Source: Vicinamibacterales bacterium
Lineage (GTDB): Bacteria; Acidobacteriota; Vicinamibacteria; Vicinamibacterales; JAMQPK01
Reading direction: 5' to 3'
DNA length: 64,000 nt
Assembly (NCBI GenBank): GCA_963761975.1
Contig: CAVXIR010000007.1
Coordinates: 1,359,906-1,423,905 of the forward strand
Under the pieces are notes generated by a model. The model ran no database searches. It saw only the letters and a program-made list of their open reading frames with translations, and was not told the origin of the DNA. Both the position numbers and the translations under genes were made by a program. Of this stretch, positions 52,585 through 62,401 are shown piece by piece (position 1 is the stretch's first letter; every line of letters starts with the position of its first letter).

Positions 52585-55011
52585 ATGAGACGACTGACCA
52601 GAGTCTCCGCACTCTTGCTTGCACTCGCTCTACTCACCGGCTGCGCGGCCGGTCGTGCCTTCCAGCGAGGCGAAGATCGGGCTCGCGTGGGGGACTGGGA
52701 CTCCGCCGTGACGTATTACCGGCAGGCGATGCAGGCCAAGCCGAGCCGCCCCGAGTACCGCATCGCGCTCGAACGCGCGATGCTGAACGCGTCGCGCGTC
52801 CACTTCGATGCGGCGCGAGCGCTGGAGGCCAAAGACCAGCTCGACGCCGCACTTCAGGAATACCGGCGCACCGTGGAGTTCGATCCCGGCAATACCCAGG
52901 CGATCGACAGAATCGTGCAACTCGAGCGCGTCATCCGCGACCGTATCGAAGCGGCGCGCCCCAAACCGCCGATCGTCCAGCTTCGAGATGCCGCTCGCCA
53001 GGCGAGCGCGGCCCCGCTGTTGAATCCCGCATCGCGCGCGCCGCTCGATTACCGCTTCACGGCTGCGAGCCTGCGCGACGTTCTCACGTTCATCAGCAAC
53101 GCCACCGGCATCAACGTCATCTACGACGCGAGCTTCCAGGACCGATCGGTCACGGTCACCTTGAGCGGATCCATCGAGCAGGTGCTCAACACGTTGCTCT
53201 CGTCGAACGGCCTTTTCTACAGCGTGTTGGATGAACGGACGATTGTCGTCGCGCTCGACTCTGCACCGAACCGTTTGAAATACGAGCGCCAGGTCGCGCT
53301 GACAATTCCGCTGTCGTATGTGGATGCGACCGAGCTGACGACCATGCTGACGGCCATCACCAGAACGACGACGGGCGTCACGATTCCACCGGTCATCATC
53401 CCGAACAAGACGAACAACAGCATCACGATTCGAGCAACCGAACCGGTCATCGCCGTCATTCGCGAGCTGGTGATTACCAACGACAAGCCGCGCGCCGAGA
53501 TCACGCTCGACGTCGAAATCCTCGAGGTAAGCCGAACGCGCGAAAAAGAGCTCGGCCTGAATCTGTCGGCGAATCAGATTGGCGCCATCTTCTCGCCAGA
53601 AACGGCGCCCCCAGGTGCGGCGGGCGCACCAAGCGGAGCGACTGGAACGACCGACGGTCGGCCGTTCAACCTGAACACGATCAGTCAGGGCGTCAGTACC
53701 GCCGACTTCTACCTGACGGTACCCCAGGCGGTCGTCAAGTTCCTCGCCACTGACGTCAACACGCGCTTTCTGGCCACGACGCAGCTGCGAGGCTCAGAAG
53801 GGTCGCAGTTGACGCTGAAAGTCGGTGCGGACGAGCCATTTCTCGCTACACAGTTTTCGCCAATCGCGGGAGGCGGGCCGAATATCAATCCGGTGTCGTC
53901 GTACAACTTCCGAACGGTCGGCATCAGCGTGCAGGCGACGCCTCGCCTCGTCACCGAGGAAGGCGACATTCTGATGGACCTGATCATGTCGAACGACACG
54001 CTCGGTCCGACCCGGCTCGTCGGCGGCGCACCGGCGCCATCGTTTCCAACGCGCAGCGTCACCACCAAGCTCAGGCTGCGCGACGGAGAGTCCCATCTGA
54101 TTGCCGGCCTTCTTCAGGATGACGAGCGCCGATCCATGACCGGCATGCCTGGACTCCTCTCGGTGCCCGTGCTGAAGTATCTGTTCGCCGCGTCGGACGA
54201 CACGATCGCACAGACCGATATCGTGATGCTGCTCACGCCGCGGATTATCCGCACGCACGAATTGTCCGCACGCGACCTCAGCCCCATCTACGTTGGCACC
54301 AATCAGAATTTCGGCTTGACCGGCCCGCCGCCATTGATTGCCACACCACCGGTGGATGGACCGCCGACAGGAACGGCGCCGGCGCCCGCCCCTGCTCCAG
54401 GAGCGCAGACAGTGCCGCCGGGTGGGCCGGTGCCAACCGTTCCACAGACGGGCGCTCCGGGTCAGACGACCGCGCCACCGCCGCAGCTGCCGCTGCCGCC
54501 TCCAATACCCACGACGCCGCAAAGTCAGGCGCCGGTCGTCGAGCCGCAGGCCGTCGCCGACGCGACGTCGCCGCCGACCACGCTTGCGCCAACAGCCCAG
54601 ATATCGATCACGGCGCCGACGACCGAAGTACGAGTCGGCGCGGGCCCGTACATGGTGCCGATTTACGCCGCGAACGTGTCGCGAGCAACCACAGTCACGC
54701 TGACGGTGACCTACAACCCGGCCATCCTTCGTTTGAGAACAGTGCAGGAGGGCAGCTTTCTCCGCCAGCCCGGCAACGCCACCGTCGTGTTCACACCCAA
54801 CAGCGACGCCGCGGCCGGCCGCATCGATCTCGCATTCGTGCGAACCGGAGATACTGTAGGCGCGTCAGGATCGGGACTGCTGGCGGCCCTCCAGTTCGAC
54901 GCTGTGGGCGCGGGCACCTCGCAGCTGACCATTAGCGGCGGCGTCATCGCCAACCCAAGCGGCGGGACCATTCCCGTGAGGTTTACTCCCGCCTCGATTG
55001 TCGTACGATAG
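52585..55011 (+). CDS. Secretin (GspD/PilQ-like) lipoprotein with N-terminal TPRs and C-terminal cohesin-like domain
   Basis: Lipobox LTGC; LRLRDGESHLIAGLL, LLTPRII; Pro-rich linker; beta-sandwich tail. Confidence 0.88.
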   Translation: MRRLTRVSALLLALALLTGCAAGRAFQRGEDRARVGDWDSAVTYYRQAMQAKPSRPEYRIALERAMLNASRVHFDAARALEAKDQLDAALQEYRRTVEFDPGNTQAIDRIVQLERVIRDRIEAARPKPPIVQLRDAARQASAAPLLNPASRAPLDYRFTAASLRDVLTFISNATGINVIYDASFQDRSVTVTLSGSIEQVLNTLLSSNGLFYSVLDERTIVVALDSAPNRLKYERQVALTIPLSYVDATELTTMLTAITRTTTGVTIPPVIIPNKTNNSITIRATEPVIAVIRELVITNDKPRAEITLDVEILEVSRTREKELGLNLSANQIGAIFSPETAPPGAAGAPSGATGTTDGRPFNLNTISQGVSTADFYLTVPQAVVKFLATDVNTRFLATTQLRGSEGSQLTLKVGADEPFLATQFSPIAGGGPNINPVSSYNFRTVGISVQATPRLVTEEGDILMDLIMSNDTLGPTRLVGGAPAPSFPTRSVTTKLRLRDGESHLIAGLLQDDERRSMTGMPGLLSVPVLKYLFAASDDTIAQTDIVMLLTPRIIRTHELSARDLSPIYVGTNQNFGLTGPPPLIATPPVDGPPTGTAPAPAPAPGAQTVPPGGPVPTVPQTGAPGQTTAPPPQLPLPPPIPTTPQSQAPVVEPQAVADATSPPTTLAPTAQISITAPTTEVRVGAGPYMVPIYAANVSRATTVTLTVTYNPAILRLRTVQEGSFLRQPGNATVVFTPNSDAAAGRIDLAFVRTGDTVGASGSGLLAALQFDAVGAGTSQLTISGGVIANPSGGTIPVRFTPASIVVR

Positions 55012-55016
55012 CTTCA

Positions 55017-55481
55017 GTGGGTCAGCGGGGCTTTACGTTCGTCGAGATGGTGGTCGTCACGGCCATCGTCGGGATCCTGGCGTCGGTGGCGCTCCCGCTC
55101 GCGAGAGTCACGATGCAGCGCAATCGCGAGATCGAGCTGCGCAGAAGCCTTCGCGAAATTCGCCAGGCCATCGATCGGTACCACGACGATCTCGAGCAGA
55201 ACCAGATCGCGGCGAACGACATCGACAACGATGCCGAAGGCTATCCACCCACGTTGCAGGTGCTCGTGGACGGAGTGACGCCGGCCAACGATACGACCGG
55301 CAGGAAGCTGCGTTATCTCCGCCGCATCCCCCGAGATCCGATGACGCGATCCATCGAGTGGGGGTTGCGTTCGACGCGGGACGAGCCCGACACGAGATCG
55401 TGGGGCGGACAGAACGTGTGGGATGTCTACACCAAGAGTACCGGAAAAGGACTTGACGGGACGAACTATCGTGAGTGGTAG
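55017..55481 (+). CDS. GspG-like (pseudo)pilin
   Basis: Prepilin motif QRGFTFVEMVVV; YLRRIPRDP. Confidence 0.9.
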   Translation: MGQRGFTFVEMVVVTAIVGILASVALPLARVTMQRNREIELRRSLREIRQAIDRYHDDLEQNQIAANDIDNDAEGYPPTLQVLVDGVTPANDTTGRKLRYLRRIPRDPMTRSIEWGLRSTRDEPDTRSWGGQNVWDVYTKSTGKGLDGTNYREW

Positions 55482-55908
55482 ACGGCGCAGCTTACTCCGC
55501 GCTTGCCGCGCCGAAGCCTTGGCGAAGGCGGGCGGCTTCACGCTGATGGAGCTGCTGATCGTCATCACGCTGATCGTCATTCTGGCGGGCATCGCGTTGT
55601 CGATGCACGCCACGAGCGTGCGCCGCGCGAAGGAAGCAGTCCTGAAACAGAATCTGTACCACCTGAACGAAGCGCTGGACAATTACAACGCCGACAAGGG
55701 CACATGGCCGCCTGACTTGTCGGCGCTGGTGACCGAGAACTACCTCCGCCAGATTCCCAGAGATCCATTCACCGAGTCGGCCGACAGCTGGCAGATCGAG
55801 ATGTCTGAGCCCGACCCGTCCAATCCAGATGCCGCTCCGGGCGTCAAGGGCGTCAAAAGCGGTGCTCCTGGCACGGCCCTCGACGGAACGAACTACGCAG
55901 ACTGGTAA
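55471..55908 (+). CDS. GspG-like (pseudo)pilin
   Basis: GGFTLMELLIV; YLRQIPRDPF. Confidence 0.9.
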   Translation: MSGRRRSLLRACRAEALAKAGGFTLMELLIVITLIVILAGIALSMHATSVRRAKEAVLKQNLYHLNEALDNYNADKGTWPPDLSALVTENYLRQIPRDPFTESADSWQIEMSEPDPSNPDAAPGVKGVKSGAPGTALDGTNYADW

Positions 55909-55920
55909 CGAAGAAGAGCG

Positions 55921-56040
55921 GTTCGTCAGGTTCGTGGGTTCGTCAGGTTCGTAGGTTCGTCGGGTTCGTGGAGTTCGAGCGTCGCAGCCCCGAACCTGAC
56001 GAACCGACGAACTTCACGAATCCGACGAACTTACGAACTT
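55921..56040. repeat. Inverted array of ~9-bp tandem repeats between convergent genes
   Basis: (gttcgtcag/gttcgtggg)n followed by (cgaacctga/cgaaccga)n. Confidence 0.8.
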
Positions 56041-56047
56041 CTTGTCG

Positions 56048-57289
56048 TTACGGCACCGTGATGCTGGTGCTGCCCGTCGCGGTCACGTTCGTGGGCGTTC
56101 TGACCGTCACTCTCACGGTACGGTCACCCGACCCCGTGTAAGTGTGGCTGGCTGACCCGCTCGACGTCGTGACGCCGGTTCCGTCGCCGAAGGTCCATGC
56201 GTAGCTGGCGACCGGTGTTCCCACGGGACTGACGTTTGCTGTGAACGAAAACGACGTTGGGCTGCTGATGCTCTGCGTCGCCGTGATACTCACCAGCATT
56301 GGCTGCACGACGATGACCGTCGACGATGACGCGGATGAGCCTGATGTGTCGGTTGCCGTGATTGACGGCGTAAACGATCCGGAATCGCTGTAGATGTGCT
56401 GAACCGAGACCGTGCCGCTGATCGCGCCCAGTTCGTCGGACAATCCATCACCGTAGCTGACGACGACGCTTTCCAGTGGTGCGCCGCCGGTCACCGGGTT
56501 CACCGTCACCGAGAACGTCGTGATACCGCCCTCAACGGGAATCGATCCCGACGCCAGCGAAATCGAGACCGCAGGTCGTGCGGAAACGGAAATCGTCAGC
56601 CCCGCCGACGTCGTACCGCCTGCCGTCGCCGTGACCGTCGCCTCTCGAGAGGTCGTCAGGTTCGTCGATGCGCGTCCCGTCGAGTCGCTATTGACGACTG
56701 GTGAGCTGAACGAGCCCGCGGTCGTCGTGAATGTGACAGGCACCGCGCTGAGTGGATTGCCGGACGCATCGAAAACGTTGGCCGTGATCGTTGTCGTTCC
56801 GCCGCTCGCCGGCACTGACGTCGGATTGGCTGTGAGATTCACTCGGCCAGCGGCCCCCGCACCGACCGACAGTTCGAGCGGGTCAGACGCAGCACCTCCC
56901 GAGAGCGCTCTGATCGAGGCTTTCCCAGACTGACCGTTGCCGAGAAATTGCACAATCGCGACGCCATTCAGCGTCCGCGCATCGGTGGGGGAGAGCGCCC
57001 CGAGAGTCGTGGTGAATGTAACAGTCGTGCCGTTCTGAACTGGAGTGCCGCCCTGCTCGAGAACCGTCGCGCGGACTTCGGTTGTACCGTTTGCCTGAAC
57101 GACGGCGGTTCCGCTCGATAGCTTGATGGTCGACTGCTGTGGCGCAAGCAACGGCAGTTTGTCGCAGCCGAGAGCGAGAAGTCCCATGCTCACGGCAAGC
57201 ATCCGCAGGCGGACGTTCCTCAACTGACTGAGTCCTGTTATGATGGTAGGTAGCACTCGGGAAAAAGTGTGTAACCTTAAGAATATCAT
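56048..57289 (-). CDS. Ig-like/invasin plus PKD domain lipoprotein (start probably further downstream)
   Basis: Lipobox ALGC; Thr/Ser-rich Big-1-like repeats; WTFGDG PKD motif. Confidence 0.8.
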   Translation of the reverse strand: MIFLRLHTFSRVLPTIITGLSQLRNVRLRMLAVSMGLLALGCDKLPLLAPQQSTIKLSSGTAVVQANGTTEVRATVLEQGGTPVQNGTTVTFTTTLGALSPTDARTLNGVAIVQFLGNGQSGKASIRALSGGAASDPLELSVGAGAAGRVNLTANPTSVPASGGTTTITANVFDASGNPLSAVPVTFTTTAGSFSSPVVNSDSTGRASTNLTTSREATVTATAGGTTSAGLTISVSARPAVSISLASGSIPVEGGITTFSVTVNPVTGGAPLESVVVSYGDGLSDELGAISGTVSVQHIYSDSGSFTPSITATDTSGSSASSSTVIVVQPMLVSITATQSISSPTSFSFTANVSPVGTPVASYAWTFGDGTGVTTSSGSASHTYTGSGDRTVRVTVRTPTNVTATGSTSITVP

Positions 57290-58124
57290 GGCGTTACCGG
57301 CTGGATCAATTATCGGCTTCCCCCGCCGCCCTCAGGAGGCCGGATATGCGATGGCGGCGTTGCTGGTGGCGATGTCCGTCATGGCCGTCATGATGAGCGT
57401 CGCGATGCCGACCTGGTCGCAAATGATTCGGCGGGAAAAAGAGGCCGAGCTCATCTTTCGCGGCGAGCAATACGCGAGGGCCATTAACCAGTATCAGCGG
57501 AAATACGCGAACCAGTCGCCGGCCAATCTGGATGTGTTGATCAAAGAGCGCTTGTTGCGAAAGAAATTCAAAGATCCCCTTTCGCCAAACGAGGACGGCG
57601 AGTTTCAGCTTCTCTATTTTCAAACTGGGACGGGCCCGCAAGCGTCAGGCGGCCCGCTAGGCACGGGGTCGCCGAGTTCCCTCGGCGCCGGCTCTCAAGG
57701 CAGTGGCTCTCAAAGCAACTCGCGCGGCGCCGGCTCTCAAGGCAGTGGCTCTCACGGGAGCTCGCGCGGTGCTGGTCCCGGTGGCAATACGGGCGGCTCA
57801 ATTGGCCCATCGGCGGGGCCGATGGGAAGGGGCGCTATCGTCGGCGTCGTCAGCAAGAACACGGGACCGTCTCTCAAGGTCTACAACGGCAAGACCCGGT
57901 ACAACGAGTGGCAGTTTATCGGCATGGAAATGTCGTCTCGTGCTGGGGGCGGTGGGGTCGGCGGCGCCGGTCTTCCTGGCGGCCGCGGTGGGCCGCTGGG
58001 AGGGCGTGGAACAGGTGACGGCCGCGGCGGACGTGGCGGGCGTGGCGGCGACGAGGGCATGAGAGGGTTCGACGGCGGCCGATCTGGATTCCCCCAATCT
58101 TCACGAGGCAGTCGCGGGTTCTAG
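57288..58124 (+). CDS. Minor pseudopilin-like T2SS protein with Gly-rich insert
   Basis: EAGYAMAALLV prepilin-like motif; REKEAELIFRG; duplicated GAGSQGSGS. Confidence 0.75.
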   Translation: MALPAGSIIGFPRRPQEAGYAMAALLVAMSVMAVMMSVAMPTWSQMIRREKEAELIFRGEQYARAINQYQRKYANQSPANLDVLIKERLLRKKFKDPLSPNEDGEFQLLYFQTGTGPQASGGPLGTGSPSSLGAGSQGSGSQSNSRGAGSQGSGSHGSSRGAGPGGNTGGSIGPSAGPMGRGAIVGVVSKNTGPSLKVYNGKTRYNEWQFIGMEMSSRAGGGGVGGAGLPGGRGGPLGGRGTGDGRGGRGGRGGDEGMRGFDGGRSGFPQSSRGSRGF

Positions 58125-59165
58125 CGCGGTCATCACGGCGTTGTGTAACGCCGGACGTACTGTCTGAATGGCCGCGTTCTCACGAGTCGGATTGACTCGG
58201 TTGGTCAGCAGCACCACGTAGATCCTGCGGTCTGGATCGATCCACAGCGTGGTGCCGGTAAATCCGGTGTGACCGAAGGCCTTGGCCGACATCTTCGTCC
58301 CGCACGACGATGTTGGCAGCATCGTGTCCCATCCGAGTGCGCGCGAACCTGTGACACGACCGCGAGTCACGAAGGTGCGCGCTGTCGCCATATGTCCGAG
58401 GCGGCCGTCGGTGCCGTCCAACGCGCCGAGCATCGCCCGCGCGAAATCTCCAACAGCTTTCGCAGTTCCGAACAACCCTGCGTGTCCAGCCGCCCCGCCG
58501 AGCGCCCAACAATTTTCGTCATGCACCTCGCCGATCAGCCGACGGCCTCGCCACGCGTCGCGCTCAGTCGGTGCAATTGACGCGCGCAACTCGGCCGGAG
58601 GATTGAAGAGCAGGGGCGCCGGCGTCACCTGCGCCAAGAGCGACTCAGCCTGCGCCTGAAATGCGGCGCCGCCGGCGTCTTCGATGACGAAGCCAAGCAG
58701 AATGAACCCGAGATCACTGTAGATCGACTGCGTCTCCGGCTCGTATTCGAGCGGCAGCAAACAAATCGCATGCTGGAACTCCTGGCGGCCGGTGTGATCT
58801 CGGAAAAACGGAAGCCACGCTGTGAGCCCGGAGCTGTGACTCAACAGCGATCGCAGCCCGACGTGCTCGCGATCGTGGCCGCGCCATTCGGGAATCCACT
58901 TGCCAACGCGATCGTCCAGCGAGAGCGTTCCCTGCTCGACGAGCCTCATGACGAGACTGGTCGTCGCGATGACCTTCGTGAGCGAGGCGAGATCGAAAAT
59001 CGTGTCCGTCCGTGTAGGAGGCGAACCGGCATCGTCGTCAAGCCTGCCAAACGCCTGCTGCCACAAAACACCGTCTCTCGCGCCGACCTCCACCACGGCC
59101 GCAGGAAACGCACCCTCACGCACGCCACGCGCGAGAATCTGTGCGGCGCCGGTGAAATCGGTCAC
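58101..59165 (-). CDS. Beta-lactamase-family serine hydrolase
   Basis: SLTK (SxxK), YSD, HTG motifs. Confidence 0.9.
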   Translation of the reverse strand: MTDFTGAAQILARGVREGAFPAAVVEVGARDGVLWQQAFGRLDDDAGSPPTRTDTIFDLASLTKVIATTSLVMRLVEQGTLSLDDRVGKWIPEWRGHDREHVGLRSLLSHSSGLTAWLPFFRDHTGRQEFQHAICLLPLEYEPETQSIYSDLGFILLGFVIEDAGGAAFQAQAESLLAQVTPAPLLFNPPAELRASIAPTERDAWRGRRLIGEVHDENCWALGGAAGHAGLFGTAKAVGDFARAMLGALDGTDGRLGHMATARTFVTRGRVTGSRALGWDTMLPTSSCGTKMSAKAFGHTGFTGTTLWIDPDRRIYVVLLTNRVNPTRENAAIQTVRPALHNAVMTALEPATAS

Positions 59166-60340
59166 CGCGCGAAGGCCTCCTTCGCAACCATCGTGACGTA
59201 CGGAGCGTTCAGGTTGTCATACGAAAAGAGCACAATTCCCTCGGCGCCCAATTGTCTCGCCGTCCGGATGTTTTCGACGGTTGCGCCCGGAGAGAGTTGG
59301 TACGCACCGATGCCGGCCCAGACCGGGCGGCTGCCGGCGAGATGCTCGACGTTCGCAATCTGCGATCGAAACAGCACGGGATCGGTCGTGTACGCCATTG
59401 GGCAGATCGCGTCGAGCAGGCCGTCCTCGAGCCACTTGCCCCAGTCCTGAAACCGCCGGCTCGCCGCCTCGTTTGCATCGGGGAACACCGCAGCGGACAG
59501 CATCGCACGCGAACGGCGTGCTTTCACGACAGACCGGATGCGCGTCAACAGCGCGGTCAGCCGCGCTCGCCGAAACTCCTGCCATCGCTGCGGAAACATC
59601 TCGGTGTAGAAAAGCGGGCGGCCGCGTGCACGTGACGCGTACTCGCGACGCTCGTCGCCCGATGCAGTCGAGGTAACCGCCGACCGGAACTCGTCGAGCG
59701 CTTCCGCGCTGTAATCGAACTCGTCGTTCGGGAAACGAATGTAGTCCAGGTGAATGCCATCGACGGCGTATCGAGTCACGATGTCGCCGATCACCCTCAC
59801 CGTGTAATCGACCGCGCCTTTGTGGACGGGGGAGAGGAACAGACCCTCAACGCGATCGCTGTGGGCTTTCGCGTACTCCGCCAGACGCCGCAGATATGCC
59901 GTCTGCCTGGGATTCATGCGGGCGAGGTCGACCGCAAGCGGGCGCGGAACCATCAACCACTCCGGATGCGTGTACACCACGTGTCTGGGTGCCGCCGGCG
60001 GGGTTGCATCGGACACCAAATTCACATTGATCCACGCATGAACCTTGAGACCCGCTCGATGCGCTGTGGCGAGCATGAGCTCCAGCGGATCGAAGGACGG
60101 CGGCTGTCTGGCGAGCAGAGGCGGCCTGGGATCGTGGCGGCTGAGGTAGAACGCGTCGCCCCGGCCGCGCACCTGCACGATGAGGGTGTTGAATCCTCCC
60201 TTTTTCGCCATATCCACCGCTAACTGGATGGTTTTCGGCGACGCCAGGCTTCCGCGCTGAACCCACATCGCGCGCACTTCGCCGGTCTGGCCGACAGTCC
60301 GGCTCACGCCGCACGTGACACACAACACGCCGACGACCAT
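59162..60340 (-). CDS. GHL10/YddW-like glycoside hydrolase
   Basis: VRAMWV, QVRGRGDAFY, HAWIN, DGIHLDYIRFP, CPMAY. Confidence 0.85.
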   Translation of the reverse strand: MVVGVLCVTCGVSRTVGQTGEVRAMWVQRGSLASPKTIQLAVDMAKKGGFNTLIVQVRGRGDAFYLSRHDPRPPLLARQPPSFDPLELMLATAHRAGLKVHAWINVNLVSDATPPAAPRHVVYTHPEWLMVPRPLAVDLARMNPRQTAYLRRLAEYAKAHSDRVEGLFLSPVHKGAVDYTVRVIGDIVTRYAVDGIHLDYIRFPNDEFDYSAEALDEFRSAVTSTASGDERREYASRARGRPLFYTEMFPQRWQEFRRARLTALLTRIRSVVKARRSRAMLSAAVFPDANEAASRRFQDWGKWLEDGLLDAICPMAYTTDPVLFRSQIANVEHLAGSRPVWAGIGAYQLSPGATVENIRTARQLGAEGIVLFSYDNLNAPYVTMVAKEAFAR

Positions 60341-60384
60341 GAGCAGTAACTGGCGGGAGGGCTTGAGCAACGTACGAAAATGTA

Positions 60385-61347
60385 CTACGAATTCGTGTCT
60401 GGCGGGTCCAGATGGAGAAGCTCGCGCAGGCGCGGCTCGATATCTTCGCCGATTGCCTCGCGCACCGAATCGTGCGCTCGACGAAGGCGTGCGGTGGCCT
60501 GCGTGTAGCCGCCCTTCGTTTTTTGCATCACGATGGCCGCCTTCACGTTCCATTTGGCTTTCTGAAGAAGCTCGCCGGCCTGGTCGTTATCGAGCCCCGT
60601 GACCATCGCGATAATACGCTTCGCCCGTTCGCGTGCCTTTTCTGATGTGGTGTGCAAGTCGACCATCAGGTTCCCGTACGTCTTCCCGATCCGTACCATG
60701 GCTGCGGTCGTCAGCATGTTGAGGACGAGCTTTGTGGCGGTCCCAGCCTTCAGGCGGGTGGATCCCGCAATCACTTCGGGCCCAACCGCGGGAGCGATGG
60801 TGAGATCGACGAACATTTGCAGCTCGGTTCTCGGATCGCAGGTGACGAAGATCGTCTTCGAACCCGCCTTGCGTGCGCGCGTCAGGCCGCCGCGCACGTA
60901 TGGTGTCATGCCGCTCGCCGACACGCCGATGACGACGTCCTTTTTCGTCGGCTTCAGCCGCGTAATCGCCCGGGCTCCGTCCTCGTAGCTGTCCTCGGCG
61001 CCCTCTTTGGTGTGGAGGAAGGCGTCCTTGCCGCCCGCCATGACCGCCTGAATCGAGTCGGGGTTCGTGCCGAACGTCGTCGGCATTTCGGCCGATTCGA
61101 CAACCCCCAGCCGGCCGCTCGTGCCGGCGCCGACGAAGATGACACGCCCGTTCTTGCGCAGCGCCTCGACGATGATGTCGACGCCGATGGCAATCCGCGG
61201 CTTCTCGCGCTGAACGGCCGCAAGCACCTTGCGATCGTCGTTCAGCATCAGCTCGATGATGTCGGCCGAAGACGCCTTGTCGATGCCGAGCGTCGCAGGG
61301 TTGATGGCTTCGGTAGGGAGCTGCTGATATTTCGAACGATGGGGCAT
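60385..61347 (-). CDS. murQ: N-acetylmuramic acid 6-phosphate etherase
   Basis: GAGTSGRLG, GPEVIAGSTRLKAGTATKLVLNM, GNLMVD. Confidence 0.93.
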   Translation of the reverse strand: MPHRSKYQQLPTEAINPATLGIDKASSADIIELMLNDDRKVLAAVQREKPRIAIGVDIIVEALRKNGRVIFVGAGTSGRLGVVESAEMPTTFGTNPDSIQAVMAGGKDAFLHTKEGAEDSYEDGARAITRLKPTKKDVVIGVSASGMTPYVRGGLTRARKAGSKTIFVTCDPRTELQMFVDLTIAPAVGPEVIAGSTRLKAGTATKLVLNMLTTAAMVRIGKTYGNLMVDLHTTSEKARERAKRIIAMVTGLDNDQAGELLQKAKWNVKAAIVMQKTKGGYTQATARLRRAHDSVREAIGEDIEPRLRELLHLDPPDTNS

Positions 61348-61405
61348 CTCGTATGAAGAAACGTTAGCGCAACAAAGTGCCGGATGCTACTCTCACGTTC
61401 GAACA

Positions 61406-62302
61406 GTGTCAACCGCCCATGATCTCGTCGATGCGTATTTGACACACCTGCGTGTGGAGAGACGTCTCGCCGACCACACACTCGAAAGTTACAGCCGCGA
61501 TCTCCAACGGCTTGGAGAATTCGCCGCGGGCCGGAAAACTGTCATCCAGCGGCTCCACCGGCACGATCTCGAAAGCTTCGTCGACGGCCTCATGAACGAA
61601 GGGCTTTCGCCGCGCTCGGTCGCGCGCATGGTTGCCGCCGTCCGGGGGTTCTTCCGGTTTGCCGTGCTCGCGCAGCACCTCAGCAGCAACCCGGCCGATG
61701 ATCTTCAGGCGCCGCGGGCGTGGCCCGGGCTGCCGAAGTTTCTCGGTGTCGAAGAAGTCGAACGCCTGATCAGACAGCCCGATGTGGCCACACCGCGCGG
61801 GTTGAGAGATCGCGCGCTGATTGAAATCCTGTACGCCACTGGTCTGCGTGTCTCAGAGCTGATTCGGCTGCGCGCCAGCGACTTGAATCTCGAGGCCGGG
61901 TATCTATCGACCACGGGGAAAGGCAATAAACAGCGCCTCGTGCCTGTCGGAGAGCAAGCCTCGGCGTGGTTGATCAAATACATTCGCGAGTCCCGGCCGG
62001 CGCTGCTCGGCAAGCGCAGCTCTCCCTGGCTGTTCGTGAATGCCAAGCGAGGCACGAGTCTGACGCGGGTCGGATTCTGGAAAATTCTCAAGGGTTACGG
62101 CACCAAAGCGGGCCTCGCGCGCACCCTCAGCCCGCACGTACTGCGCCATTCGTTCGCGACGCATCTGCTCGAGCACGGCGCCGATCTCCGATCGATACAG
62201 ATGATGCTGGGTCATGCGGATCTCTCGACTACGCAGATTTACACACACGTGCTCGAGGCCCGGCTGCGGGCGGTTTATGACCGGTTTCACCCTCGCGCAT
62301 GA
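61406..62302 (+). CDS. xerD: Tyrosine recombinase XerD
   Basis: LYATGLRVSEL, GKGNKQR, HVLRHSFATHLL, LGHADLSTTQIYTHV, HPRA end. Confidence 0.93.
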   Translation: MSTAHDLVDAYLTHLRVERRLADHTLESYSRDLQRLGEFAAGRKTVIQRLHRHDLESFVDGLMNEGLSPRSVARMVAAVRGFFRFAVLAQHLSSNPADDLQAPRAWPGLPKFLGVEEVERLIRQPDVATPRGLRDRALIEILYATGLRVSELIRLRASDLNLEAGYLSTTGKGNKQRLVPVGEQASAWLIKYIRESRPALLGKRSSPWLFVNAKRGTSLTRVGFWKILKGYGTKAGLARTLSPHVLRHSFATHLLEHGADLRSIQMMLGHADLSTTQIYTHVLEARLRAVYDRFHPRA

Positions 62303-62325
62303 TAGAATTCGCGGATCTTTTCAAG

Positions 62326-62385
62326 ACGTTCACCGTTCACGGTTTGCCGTTCACGGTAAGCGGCAGACGGTAAGCGGTAAACGCA
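62326..62385. repeat. Heptamer tandem/inverted repeat patch
   Basis: cgttcac cgttcac ggtttgc cgttcac ggtaagc ggcagac ggtaagc ggtaaac. Confidence 0.6.
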
Positions 62386-62401
62386 TAAGGAGCACAACGT
62401 A

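Noticed and set aside
55921-56040. Repeat array as CRISPR
   Set aside because: Units are ~9 bp with no unique spacers and are arranged as an inverted pair.
57681-57770. Direct repeat ggcgccggctctcaaggcagtggctctca
   Set aside because: In-frame duplication within a Gly/Ser-rich linker; not a mobile or regulatory repeat.
61406-62302. XerD as an integron or island integrase
   Set aside because: Typical housekeeping XerD in core context between murQ and metK, with no attC-like array adjacent.
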